A stretch of 64,000 bases of DNA from Hydrolagus affinis (taxonomy: Eukaryota). How positions within the stretch are numbered: the stretch's first letter is position 1; every line of letters starts with the position of its first letter. Made by a program: the position numbers and the translations under genes. This document shows, piece by piece, positions 12,760-23,620 of the stretch. A model generated the notes under the pieces. The model was not told where the DNA came from. It did not search any database and saw only the letters and a program-made list of their open reading frames with translations. The stretch covers positions 1-64,000 of the forward strand of contig JAAILG010001066.1 in NCBI GenBank assembly GCA_012026655.1, given 5' to 3'.

Positions 12760-12974
12760 GTAAGAATCCTTCCTACTGTTTACAAGATATGGATGAGCCG
12801 CTGGCTACCTGCTGCATGGGTATGATGTAATCAAAATAAAGTTTGGATTTTTAAATCAATTCCACCGAGAAAGTAAAAATTTAAACGGAGATTACAGCAT
12901 TCTAGGAATGATGCTGCAGTGATTTGGGAATTCTAAAGGTAACCACTTCCAATGATGTGTGTGTGTAGTGTGCT

Positions 12975-13074
12975 NNNNNNNNNNNNNNNNNNNNNNNNNN
13001 NNNNNNNNNNNNNNNNNNNNNNNNNNNNNNNNNNNNNNNNNNNNNNNNNNNNNNNNNNNNNNNNNNNNNNNNNN
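12975..13074. other. Assembly gap (100 N) in intron 3
   Basis: N run flanked by (GT)n and poly-C. Confidence 0.99.
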
Positions 13075-13135
13075 CACTGCCCCCCCCCCCCCCACCTATT
13101 TTCCCCCCACACTTTCCTTGGTTGCATTTCTGTAG

Positions 13136-13258
13136 CTGAAGAAGCTCTTGTTAGCTCCAGCTAATTCACAGCTTATCTACAACGAATGCCACGGAGGCAG
13201 CATGCGGACCCATGTGACCAATAGTAACAAGATTAGACCAAACACTGCTGTTGTCAAG
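13136..13258 (+). CDS. PPARGC1A: PGC-1alpha exon 4 (L2 LxxLL motif LKKLL)
   Basis: tag|CTG...AAG|gtac; 123 nt; LKKLLLAPANSQLIYNEC...KIRPNTAVVK. Confidence 0.97.
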
Positions 13259-14613
13259 GTACACTTTATATTATATGAGAACTTTATGCCTTGGTTAGAA
13301 AATAATATTTTATCCTTTAAAGGATGTAAGTAGTTGTGGACCCTCTAATGAACTTGGTATTCTGGAGTGAGTGAAAATCCTGATGGATTATTGACTTTGG
13401 TTTCCAAGAAAGCCGTGAGGATTACTTATTTTAATTCTATACATAACAATGATTCAGCAAGAGCGTATAGATTCCCAGCAGCATCTGAACTGAGCATCCG
13501 TGACATACTTAGCATTTAGACTGAGTTAATTAACATTATAATCATGGAAAGTATAAGTATCAGTGAAATACCATTGTAGAGTGACATTGTAATCAGCTGC
13601 TGGTATTGTGTCTAAAGTCAATATTATACCATAGAGAAACAATTGTAGTGAATGCTGGATACTTAACAGGTTGCAGAAAAAACAACAAATTAAACAGAAT
13701 TCAAAAGACATTGAGCTAGATTTTCTGCAGGGTATCCACTGGGGTATTGATGGAAAATGTAGCCAAATGCCTGAATTTTTCTCTGCAAGTGTTATCTTCA
13801 AAATGGAAACCAAAGAATGCTGCAGTGGATATCACAGTGTAGTCATCTTTCTTAAAATGACACCACCTTCTTTTAAAAAAAATAGTTTGAGCGACTTCTT
13901 ATTTGTAAACACACAATACGACGATGGAAAGTTGTGTCAAAATACAATATTGTGACACTTATACTTAGTTGACAAATATTGGATGTCTTGGCTCAAACAC
14001 CAAACTCTTTTTGCTTATGAAGCTGTGTGCCTAGCAGCTTCCAGCATTCATTTGTTGAGACATCTGGGGAATAAAATTCCACTGGTCAGTAAAGTTGCAG
14101 GTGCGCACAATGAAAACATTTGTTAACATTGAGCCACCAAATTCATTTAGTTCTTACCCTCTCATTGATGTAGCACATAGAAGAGATAGCACATGACATA
14201 TCATAATAAAAGCTTGGATGAAGAAGGCCTTTTGGCCCATTTGATCTCATACCAGCATAATATTCACTGTACTATTTTACCAGTACAACATCAGCTGCTT
14301 TCTAAATTTATCCAGCATCCTAGCGTTTGCGCCCTAATACTCTATTATGTTCTGCATAAAATAAGATTACAATGCCAACAATGTGACCTTTACCAACCTA
14401 TTAGAAAGATGCCCCTCTGGTCTTGCTACAATTGTCTTTATTTTTTGTTGCTGTCCCATTGTATAAGCAAAAGAACACATGCAACTACCTAACCTTGAAA
14501 GCGGTACCTTTCTTTGTTCAAACGGGAAGAGCGTTTGCTGAATAGATTGTGTTAAACGCTTTTTACTAATGTTAATGTTTACTAACATTGATGTTTCATT
14601 ATGTATTTGTAAG

Positions 14614-14824
14614 ACTGAGGCTACGTCGAGTAATAAGCTGAGGAACATTTGCCAACAACAGAAATCCCAGGCGCAGCGTCGCCCATGCACAGAATTGCTC
14701 AAGTACTTGACTGCAAGTGATGACCCTCAGTCTAAATCAAATGACCACAAAACTAGTACTAAAGACAAAGGCATCTCCAAAAAGAAGGTGCAACCGCAGT
14801 CTCAACAGTCACATCCTCTGCAAG
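14614..14824 (+). CDS. PPARGC1A: PGC-1alpha exon 5 (L3 motif LLKYL)
   Basis: aag|ACT...CAAG|gtaag; 211 nt, phase 0 to 1; TEATSSNKLRNICQQQKSQAQRRPCTELLKYLTASDDP. Confidence 0.95.
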
Positions 14825-15229
14825 GTAAGAATAGGATGGCAATATAATGTTGATAGAGTTTTGATGGTAAAATAGTGCATCCAAACAGATAACATTGACT
14901 GTGAAGAATTTGGGGCCCTGGGCTTTTTAAACTGTATGTTTAAGTTCCCTTAGCACTGATGTAATGCTTCTATAGTCCATCCACAGCAACAATCTTGAGA
15001 GGTCGCCCAATTGATTTGCCATTGGTACAATGGAAAACCTCCCACCACATTGACACTAATGGTTTGGCATACAAATGGGCATTAGCAAATTAATCCAAAC
15101 ATAAATAATAGGAAGGCTCCAAATAATCATTTGAAGTCAGACAACAAAATATGTCAAAAAAATCTCCTAGATTACAATATCCCGATTGATAATTTATGAA
15201 GAAATACAGGAAATTCACATGAGAAAGAC

Positions 15230-15690
15230 AGACTTTGTGAACTGGATAAAATAGCCAGCTAGACCACTGCTTTATTTTACTTTAGACCTTGGTTCTAATC
15301 CAACTGAGACAAGATGGATCAGAGTACTGTATCCTGTCTAATGGCAGTTAAGAGTTCCAAGTGAAATGGGTCACAGCAGGTTCAAACTAGTTCCTAGCTG
15401 GCATGAGTCCAGAACATAAAGCCATCCTTCATTTGGCACGAGTTGAGCAATCTCACTCCTCGAGGCTGATAAGGATGGCTGGCATACGAAAGGAACGTTT
15501 CACATTATTGTTCTAGAGGTGCCCTTCTCAGGTTGAATTTAAGGACATTGTTCGGACTTTATAAAAGGAGCTGAAACTACACTAACCAGTGCTATTCAAG
15601 ACCTGCGAGTGCTGTGTGCTATCACAGAGACAAAGAGGAAATGTCCATTACTGTGTATTATCATTTAAATGAGCACAGAATTCACAACAC
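15230..15690 (+). mobile_element. LF-SINE-like ancient SINE
   Basis: Collinear blocks GGTTCTAATCCA, GTGAAATGGGT, AGTTCCTAG, ATTTGGCAC, CTAGAGGTG, GAGCACAGAATTCAC resemble the recalled LF-SINE consensus. Confidence 0.6.
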
Positions 15691-16993
15691 AGTTAATTTA
15701 CCACGCTTGAGCAGTGTTTAAGTGCAGTTATTGACGGTTTCCTGAAAGAGCAATGTATTTTTTGCTGTCACTGAACCAAATTTCAGCAGATTTTCTCCTC
15801 AAACCATCAGGAGAGGAATTTAATATTTCATTAAAATACGTGCTCCTGGTATGTGCTTTTTCTATTTTGATACGTTAATGCACAAAATTGTTTTGACAAG
15901 ATTAAATTGATTTATACTATATCTGTTTTCCCCCAGTGCTAGACTGCTTTACATGAGATCACCATACATATCACTCTGCAGTCTTTGATTATCTCATTCC
16001 ATATCATAATTATTGATGCATGTGTTCTCACCAGTGTAGAGATAGTAGGTCTTTTATGTGAGTTGTGTAAACTCTGTGTAAACCTTTTGTGGCAAAGAAT
16101 TCCAGTTTCCCATAATTAACCAAGGTTATAGTTTCTGTGGTGCTTTTCATCAGTTGATAATTACATTATTAAAGGCACTGGGAATTCTTTCTGTATATAT
16201 TCATTTACACACGGTTTGCTCAACTAGCACAATACACCTGTCAGAGTTGCAGAGTGCATTCACAGTGTACTAATCTGAAATCAGATTAAAAATAATATAG
16301 ATATACGGTATATAAGAAATTTTTAAAGCATATTTTTCATTTTGGTCTGTAGCTAGCCTATAACCTTCATTTCCAGATACTTATTGTGGCGTGAATTGGC
16401 AGGGGAGAAGAAAGGAAGCCTCTTTGTGTCTCACTTGAGTCTTAGAATTAACTCTAGGTCAAGTATAGTACAAATATCTTCAGCGTAACACTCTGTCCCA
16501 GCAATATATTTTAGTCTCTTCTTCAGAGGAGCATTAAGACAACATTTCCATTTCAGACAACAAAGAAATAAATAACATTTGTGTCTAGCGCCTTTCAGGT
16601 TGGAAGGATGTCCCAAGGTGCTGAATAATTATAATGGCTTAAGGAGTGAGTTGTCAATTTAGGCCATTTTGTCTCTCGTCAAGACTTTTATACAATTTTG
16701 GCCGACTCAAACTGATTTTATCTAGGACGTTTACAACCAACAGTAGAAACTACTTACAGCATAAGAGACTGAGTTGTATTCAATTGTACACAAGATTCAA
16801 TTTTAAAGGACAGTGTGCTAACTCATTGATCATTAATTTTCCACAATTCGTTGATCAACCATGTGAATGATGTAAATATGCATGTTTGATTTTTGCTAAA
16901 TATGAGACTTGTGGTCCAGTCATAAACCACTAGTCCCCAATGTGTATCCTCTGTGTATCAATTTTGGCTTATCAATTTTGTTACTTAATAATA

Positions 16994-17662
16994 CAGTAAA
17001 ACTCGCACAAGTTGTCTCTTTATAAATTGTATAATCGTGTAAGACTTACATGCACCTGAGTCCCATTCAGTTTCCTACCAAAGGACCATTAGATTTCTTT
17101 GCGCTGGTCGTATTTTATACGTTGGATATATGGCTAAATCATAATTATTTATTGGTCCCAAATAATCCTAATTCCTCTTCAAATCTCAACTATGCACCGC
17201 TGGCTCCGTATTCCTCAGAGGATCAAGTTCAAAATTCTCATCCTCACGTTTGCAGGCTTCTGTGGCCTTGATCCCTTCTACCTCTTTGACCTGCTAACCC
17301 CCTATCAATCTGTCCACTCACTTCGCCCCATCTCACCATCGTTGGTTGGGCCTTCAGCCTCTCCAGCCCTACCCTCTGGAACTCCATCTGACATTCCCTT
17401 CGCCTCACTCCCTCCCTTACTTCCTGCAAGGCACACCTCAAGATCCTCCTCTTCCACCATGCCTTTGGACACCCTTCTAACCATCCCCGCCCTTCACCAA
17501 CCCTGTTCCCAACAAAGTCTTGATCCATCATCATGGCATCAGTGTTAGTCTTATAAATTCCTATACTATCCGACTTAGCAAGTTTGCCTGTACCGCATAC
17601 TATGTTGTAAGTCATATTAAATCCTATGGTACTGACTGATATGACTTATGTGAGTTTACCTG
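16994..17662. mobile_element. Tc1/mariner (Tigger-type) MITE
   Basis: TA|CAGTAAAACTCGCACAAGT ... ACTTATGTGAGTTTACCTG|TA; imperfect TIRs with TA TSD. Confidence 0.65.
17185..17525 (+). mobile_element. L2 fragment nested in a MITE
   Basis: WLRIPQRIKFKILILTF...GLDPFYLFDLLTPY. Confidence 0.82.
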
Positions 17663-18412
17663 TATAACCCGTAACTGCAGCTTACGCACAATTTTGTGCT
17701 TTTAAACATAATTGTCATTATACTGCACATTATCATTATTCTGATAAAATTGTCATTATACCTTAAGATTATAATGAAAAGCATACTGCAGTCTTATGAT
17801 TTATTGTAGTTTTTTATTTGTGACTTTTGTTGCTGTATACAAATGGGAATGGGTGTGTCAATCGCTTTCAGTATAATAAATGATAATCATGAATTATTCA
17901 ACTAATTTTAAATGTGATACAATTCTTCCGCATTGATTTTTCTATTTCTATTGTATTCATTTTATTTTTTTTGCAACCATGTGACTTTATTTTTCATTTT
18001 GGTTATAATTCCTTCTGGGAAAGCTTCAAGGTGTTATAATTTTATTATTTCCAGTGCATCAAGTGTTCTTTCACATCATAATTCTTTGATAATGCATCAT
18101 CTGATTTATTAACATTGCAGCCAATAATTTGCTACTGAAGGGGTCAAAATAAATCCAGCGCACAGCCTAATAATTATAGAATAAAACAAAACAATCTCTA
18201 TATGGCTACAAATGAATGATTTTCAGTCCCCCTGATATGCAAACATTTCTATATTTTGGTGGTGTTTCTCTAATGTTGAGATCATTACTGGTTTTGTTGT
18301 AAATGAGCATGATTTGTTTCAATTCCTTATATTTTTGATGATCAGATTTCACCTGAGAGAAACTGTCTGATCTATCCATCAAAGTATACAGCAAATTATT
18401 TCTGTGCACCTT

Positions 18413-18605
18413 CCCACAATGGCTCAGAGAGCTAATGCAGTGAGTAGTTGAGTCATGTATACTGGAAAGGTCTTGGGTTCAATTTGCAGTCTGTGCTGAG
18501 TTAGTCAATCTCATCCAGGGAAGCAGAAACTACAATAGGCTTCAGATCCAAAGTTGAAAAGCAAAATTAGACATGGTTCCTGCTCCTAAATGCATTGATC
18601 CTATA
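18413..18605 (+). mobile_element. Old tRNA-derived SINE, 5' part (separate family)
   Basis: TGGCTCAG...GGGTTCAATT head, GTCTGTGCTGAGTTAG, GGTTCCTGCTCCT. Confidence 0.6.
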
Positions 18606-18934
18606 AGCTTTATGGCATAAGGTGAAGGAGGTACTGGAGATACAGAGTGCCTTTGGAAATTTTCTCACAGTAGAAGGGAACGGGAGTCTTAAAACACCAT
18701 TAGGCAAGGAGTACAGGGAAAAAATTGGTAATGACAATAAAGATGTCTTCCAGTGTGCTCATTAACCTCTAGAATAACTTGTGCACTTATGGCTGTTTAA
18801 TCCAAATGTGGCCATCTATTTTGCTGAGGTATTCGTTTCATGTAACTGGCAAAATGCAACACAGGAAGGCAAAACTAAAAGCCACATGTTTTAGGTTACC
18901 AGTAACTAAAGCATTTCTTATTTAAATTTTGCAG

Positions 18935-18980
18935 CTAGACCAACTACTTTGTCTCTGCCCCTGACACCCGAATCATCAAA
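18935..18980 (+). CDS. PPARGC1A: PGC-1alpha exon 6
   Basis: gcag|CT...AA|gtaagt; 46 nt; (A)RPTTLSLPLTPESS(N); too short for the ORF track. Confidence 0.96.
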
Positions 18981-19102
18981 GTAAGTGTTTCTTAGAAAAT
19001 TGTAGGATTTCTCATATTTGAGTGAAGCATTGTATTTGAAATTTTTAGATGTAAATCAATTAAGCAACTGAAAGAAATTAAAAATAAACATATATTTTTC
19101 AG

Positions 19103-19176
19103 TGATCCCAAGGGCTCCCCTTTTGAGAACAAGACCATTGAACGTACGCTGAGTGTACAACTCTCTGGTACTGCAG
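19103..19176 (+). CDS. PPARGC1A: PGC-1alpha exon 7
   Basis: ttcag|T...G|gtaag; 74 nt; DPKGSPFENKTIERTLSVQLSGTA(G). Confidence 0.97.
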
Positions 19177-19309
19177 GTAAGACATGATAGTTTCCTCCAT
19201 CTGTGCATGGTTAAGCTGTTTTGGTTGAGAGTTTTCATTACATAACAGGGACTATATTCGTCAAAAACTGGTGTTCTGTATAAATAACAGGGTCTATAGT
19301 GCAACCTTG

Positions 19310-19550
19310 TGTTAAGCATTCTGGGCTATAGTGAAGCGTGTTATAGCGAGGCTGCACCGTTGTGCCAAAAGTTGGCTGAGATCATAACAATATTGAAAAG
19401 GGAATTGGATAAACGAAGAGATTAGAGTAGTTATCAACATAGGAACATGGACATTTTCTGCACAGATTTGTGTTTGAGGTAGTACCATTTTAGGCTTCAT
19501 GGGCTAAATGGCCTCCTTCTATGCTGTAATATAAATGATTTGATTCTATT
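19310..19550 (+). mobile_element. Old CR1 3' fragment
   Basis: AAAAGGGAATTGGATAAA...ATGGGCTAAATGGCCTCCTTCTATGCTGTAA. Confidence 0.62.
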
Positions 19551-21804
19551 TAACATAGCAAAGAGAATAGCTATAAATTAGCCAGTTTTTCAAAAGGTTT
19601 TTCCCTGATGTGTTCTCCATCCTGTTTTCTGATATCAGTCGCAAAATTTCTCAAGGTTGACATAATCTAACAAATCCTACCCATCAGAGACTGAATGCAT
19701 TCATATAAGGTATCCAGGTAGTATTTTTGAAATAATACGATCCTTTTTGATAAAGGCATACATCAAATACAAGTGTAAAAAAGAGTAGCACAATTGTATT
19801 TGATATTTTATAATGGACTACAGGGGAATGTGCTCAACAAAATACTGATGGCGGAATAACAGATTGTTGCTCTTCTTATTCATAACATTGTTTTTCCATT
19901 TCTGTTAATATAATTGGATCCAAACCGTTAAAAGAGACTTCTAATGTAGTTATTGATTTTAAGACAAACCTAAAGTTCCTAATGAAAAAATAAAGCATTC
20001 ATTTTCAGTTTGTGATATCATCATCTTTAAATTGAAATTGCGTTTTATTGTTCAAAGAAGATATTTTGTTGCTCTCTAATGATTAACACTGAGAGACAGA
20101 CCGTCACTATGTGCTGCTTCAAAGCCTAGATGATTCCAGCTCTGTTCTCTCATGCATATGCCATAAATATCAATCATAAAATAAAGGTGCAAATGGCACA
20201 TCAAATTTTACAACAACGCATGTGAGTACACAGACTGTGATAAATTTTTGTTAATGCACATTTCATCATTTCCATAATTTATTCAATATTTCCATTTCAA
20301 TGATTTATCACATAAAGTTCATGTTGTGTAAACAAAAGTATTCAGTGGGGAACTTTGGAATATAGAATGGATTTGTCTCACGAGGCAGACCTTTATAACT
20401 TTCTCACTTGGGAATTATCATATCCTCCTCACTTGTGGATTACCTTCTGCATCCAAACTTCCTCACTGAGTATTCTCAATGAAGTACATTGGGATTTCAA
20501 ATATAAATCACTACATTTATTGAAATTCTTTCCTAGCCCTCTTGTGTGTGTTGATCGGGGAGTGGGGGGGAGTGCTGGGTGGAATGGTGAGGTAGCAATG
20601 GGAAGGTTTCAAAACATACTCATAAGTTCATCCGTTCAATCAAAATACAAAGGTGTGATTATACAATGATAAAATATTCACAGACCAGGAGGAGGTGATT
20701 GAGCTCTTTGTATCTACTCTGCTGCTATGTCCTCCACTGGAGCTATCAACTCTGATCCAATTTATCTGTGTTTTGCCCATAGCCCTGAATATTTTTCCTC
20801 AAGCATCTATCCTGTTGACCAGTGATTCTCATTAATTTTTTTTGGTATATTTAGCAACATGGGGTGGTTGAGTGGGGGGACATTATATTCTGTAATGGCT
20901 GGGCTGCTGAATATTGGTAATGTTCAGCATTACACCATTAGAAAATGTGATTTGCTCACCTGTGTACCAGTGACTAGAAATTCATGCCATGTTAACTATG
21001 ATTATTTGAATCTGAGATGGAATTTCCTACTGACAAATTAAGTTGCTACATTTTGTCATGTAGGAACATATTTTTTGTTGGAGATATGTTTATCTGATAA
21101 TGCCCACTATTGCTTACTGGGTAGGGAGTTATGGATTGGGGCAAAACTCTACTTCTGGGTCCAAAACAGACTGGTCTTCTCAGCTATAGCACGGAAAAGA
21201 TGTGACTGCCTTCAAAGTAGCTTTTCAACTGTTTTGACCAAGACAACTTCAAGGAGCACTAGGCCAATCATTTGCCCATTCGGCATTTTAATTCCTGAGC
21301 GATAAATATGCTATGGTTATATTTTGATTTAAGATCTTTTTAAAATCCCACGTACATTAGCATTTTTCCCCATTGGATTTCCAAATGTCTTGACAGTTTG
21401 GCAGCCTGTTCTTAGAAGTTGATGCAATATTATTGCCAGTAGAACACCATTAGGTTGCCCTCTTGTGGACATGTCTTCTTCATTTGCTGAGTTACCTTAG
21501 TTGCTCCCTGACCTTGTTATTCAGGCTATGACTGGATTTTCTGATTTTCCTCAATCACTATTGTTGCCATCAAAGGGAAAACCACAGAACACATTGTAAT
21601 GATTCAAAAAAATGGGAATGCCCAACTCTGAAGTAATGATGCATTTTCCTTGTAATTTTTTTTATAGAAGAATATTGGGCAGGCTCAATCTTTGTATTAT
21701 ACAGAGTCAGTATTCTAAAAAAATACAAACCTTTATTTCGATATTACACTTAATAGTATTGATATGTCTGAAAGGTTTGGATTCCTGTGAAGTGAATTAC
21801 CTTT

Positions 21805-21980
21805 TTAAGACCAGGACACTGGTAGAAACTCACTTCTCTTTATGGAATAGTGCTATGGGTTCTTTACCATCCTCCTAAAGAGGCATATAAGACCTTGGTA
21901 TAGTATCTCATCCAAAGAACGGCACCTCTGACAATCCAGTTCCTCCACAAAACGGCTTTAGAGTGTCAGCTTAGACTACT
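21805..21980 (-). mobile_element. Deu-type SINE core fragment
   Basis: Reverse complement of the same core (CCAGGACACTGG...GGCACCTCTGACA...GAGTGTCAGC). Confidence 0.68.
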
Positions 21981-23239
21981 GGCTCGTTGGATGATGCAGT
22001 CATGATATCCTGGCAGCAACCATGGGAAAACAAATATGTGTTGTTTCCTGCTATCCATTTTTGTGGCTTTTAAAGGTCCTTAGCTTCATGAAAAAGATAA
22101 ACCTTTAACTGTTTGAAAGGGAAGCAAGAAGAGGCATGTGTCCTCATTCTATAAAATAATGTTATTTTGTTTCAGTTTTTTAAAAGAAGTAATATATTTT
22201 CGAATGTTTTGTCAATGTCTTTTCACAAAGGCAATTCCTGTTCAATATCACAGAAATGTTTCCAGAAAATCGTTAACAAATAAACTAGTTTTAAAATGGA
22301 ATTCTCTGTGGCATGAGACCTTTATTTGGAATAGGTTTGAATTAACAAGGCCTGTAGGAGCCTTAAAGTTTACAATATTATTAAGAATACTTCTGTTTTA
22401 AAATTTCCCTCCTGACCAATTGTGAAGAATGACAGTACATTAGAGAATACGCTGTAGAGAATGAGTCCCACATGTCCAATATTCCAGATGTTAATAATCA
22501 GCTGGAATTCCTCACTCAGAACCAATATCTTAAGCATTTTAAAAGTTAATATTTAACCTATTGAATCTTAGAAATGTTCCTCTCTTTCCGCAAAGCAATG
22601 ATTCATGGCAATTTTGCAAAATTTGATTTTACAATATTGATATTGCTTCCCTCCATGAGGTGAAAAGTGATATGTTTTGTACCAAGATTCAAATGTGTTA
22701 ATGAATCAGTTGTGAAATATCAATTTTATTCATCCATTCTTCATGACTGGCACAGGTGTGAGTCCCCACCCCCCCGTCCCCCACTCCAACAATATCAGCT
22801 TCCCAAGAGACACACTTAAAGAGATTTAACAGTGTTTGTTAGTTGTCCTGCCACTCAATATGCTCAAATATTTGTGAGATAACAATAAATGGAATGAATG
22901 GAATGGTGGGCTAGATTACAAATTCAGTTAAATTCAGATTTCTGTAGATCATGCTGAAACTCTAAGTTTACTGCCCTATAGGCACTACTGAGAAGCATGT
23001 GGTTGATTCTTTGTAGGAAACGGATGAGCTATTAGAATTGACCAGATAAGATACAGCCTTACTCACTTAAAATAACAAGTGCCTGAGAGGTCTCCTGGGG
23101 GGTTCATAAAACGCTTATTGGGATAGAAAAAATAAATTGAATTATTTTCAGATATGCCAAAGCAGCAGAACAAGAGGCACATTCATTCAGGGTATGACCA
23201 GGAATTTGGGGACATTATTTCTTTAATCAATGACAACAA

Positions 23240-23620
23240 TGACAATGAACAATGACAACAGTTGGCATTTATATAGTACGTTTTGTGCAGGAGGCAGAAT
23301 GGGAGTACAAAATTGGAGTGTAGGTGAGAGAAGGGTCAGTCAAAGAGATAGATTTTTAGATGGATTTTGAATAAAAGAGGAAGCAAGGCTTTTGGAATAG
23401 AGTTTGCAGTCTTACAATGAAGGAGGGGCAGGGGTACAATGAAGTAAACCTGAGTTAGCAGAGTAGACAAAGTGGGTTGAGGAGTAGAGCCATGGGAGTT
23501 CACAGAGGTAGCGTACAGTGGGCTGTGTGGGCCAAATGTGTGGACCACCAATTGAGAGTGGAGGATCTTAAAGTTGATCCGTACAGTTACTGGGAAGGAT
23601 GTAGGAGGCTAATGAAGACC
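23240..23620 (-). mobile_element. Old L2 3' fragment
   Basis: Purine-rich; minus frame reads FKIHLKIYLFD; tail TTGGCATTTATATAG. Confidence 0.6.

Noticed and set aside
12892-13164. ORFs spanning N runs (also 46041-46514)
   Set aside because: Artefacts of the assembly gaps
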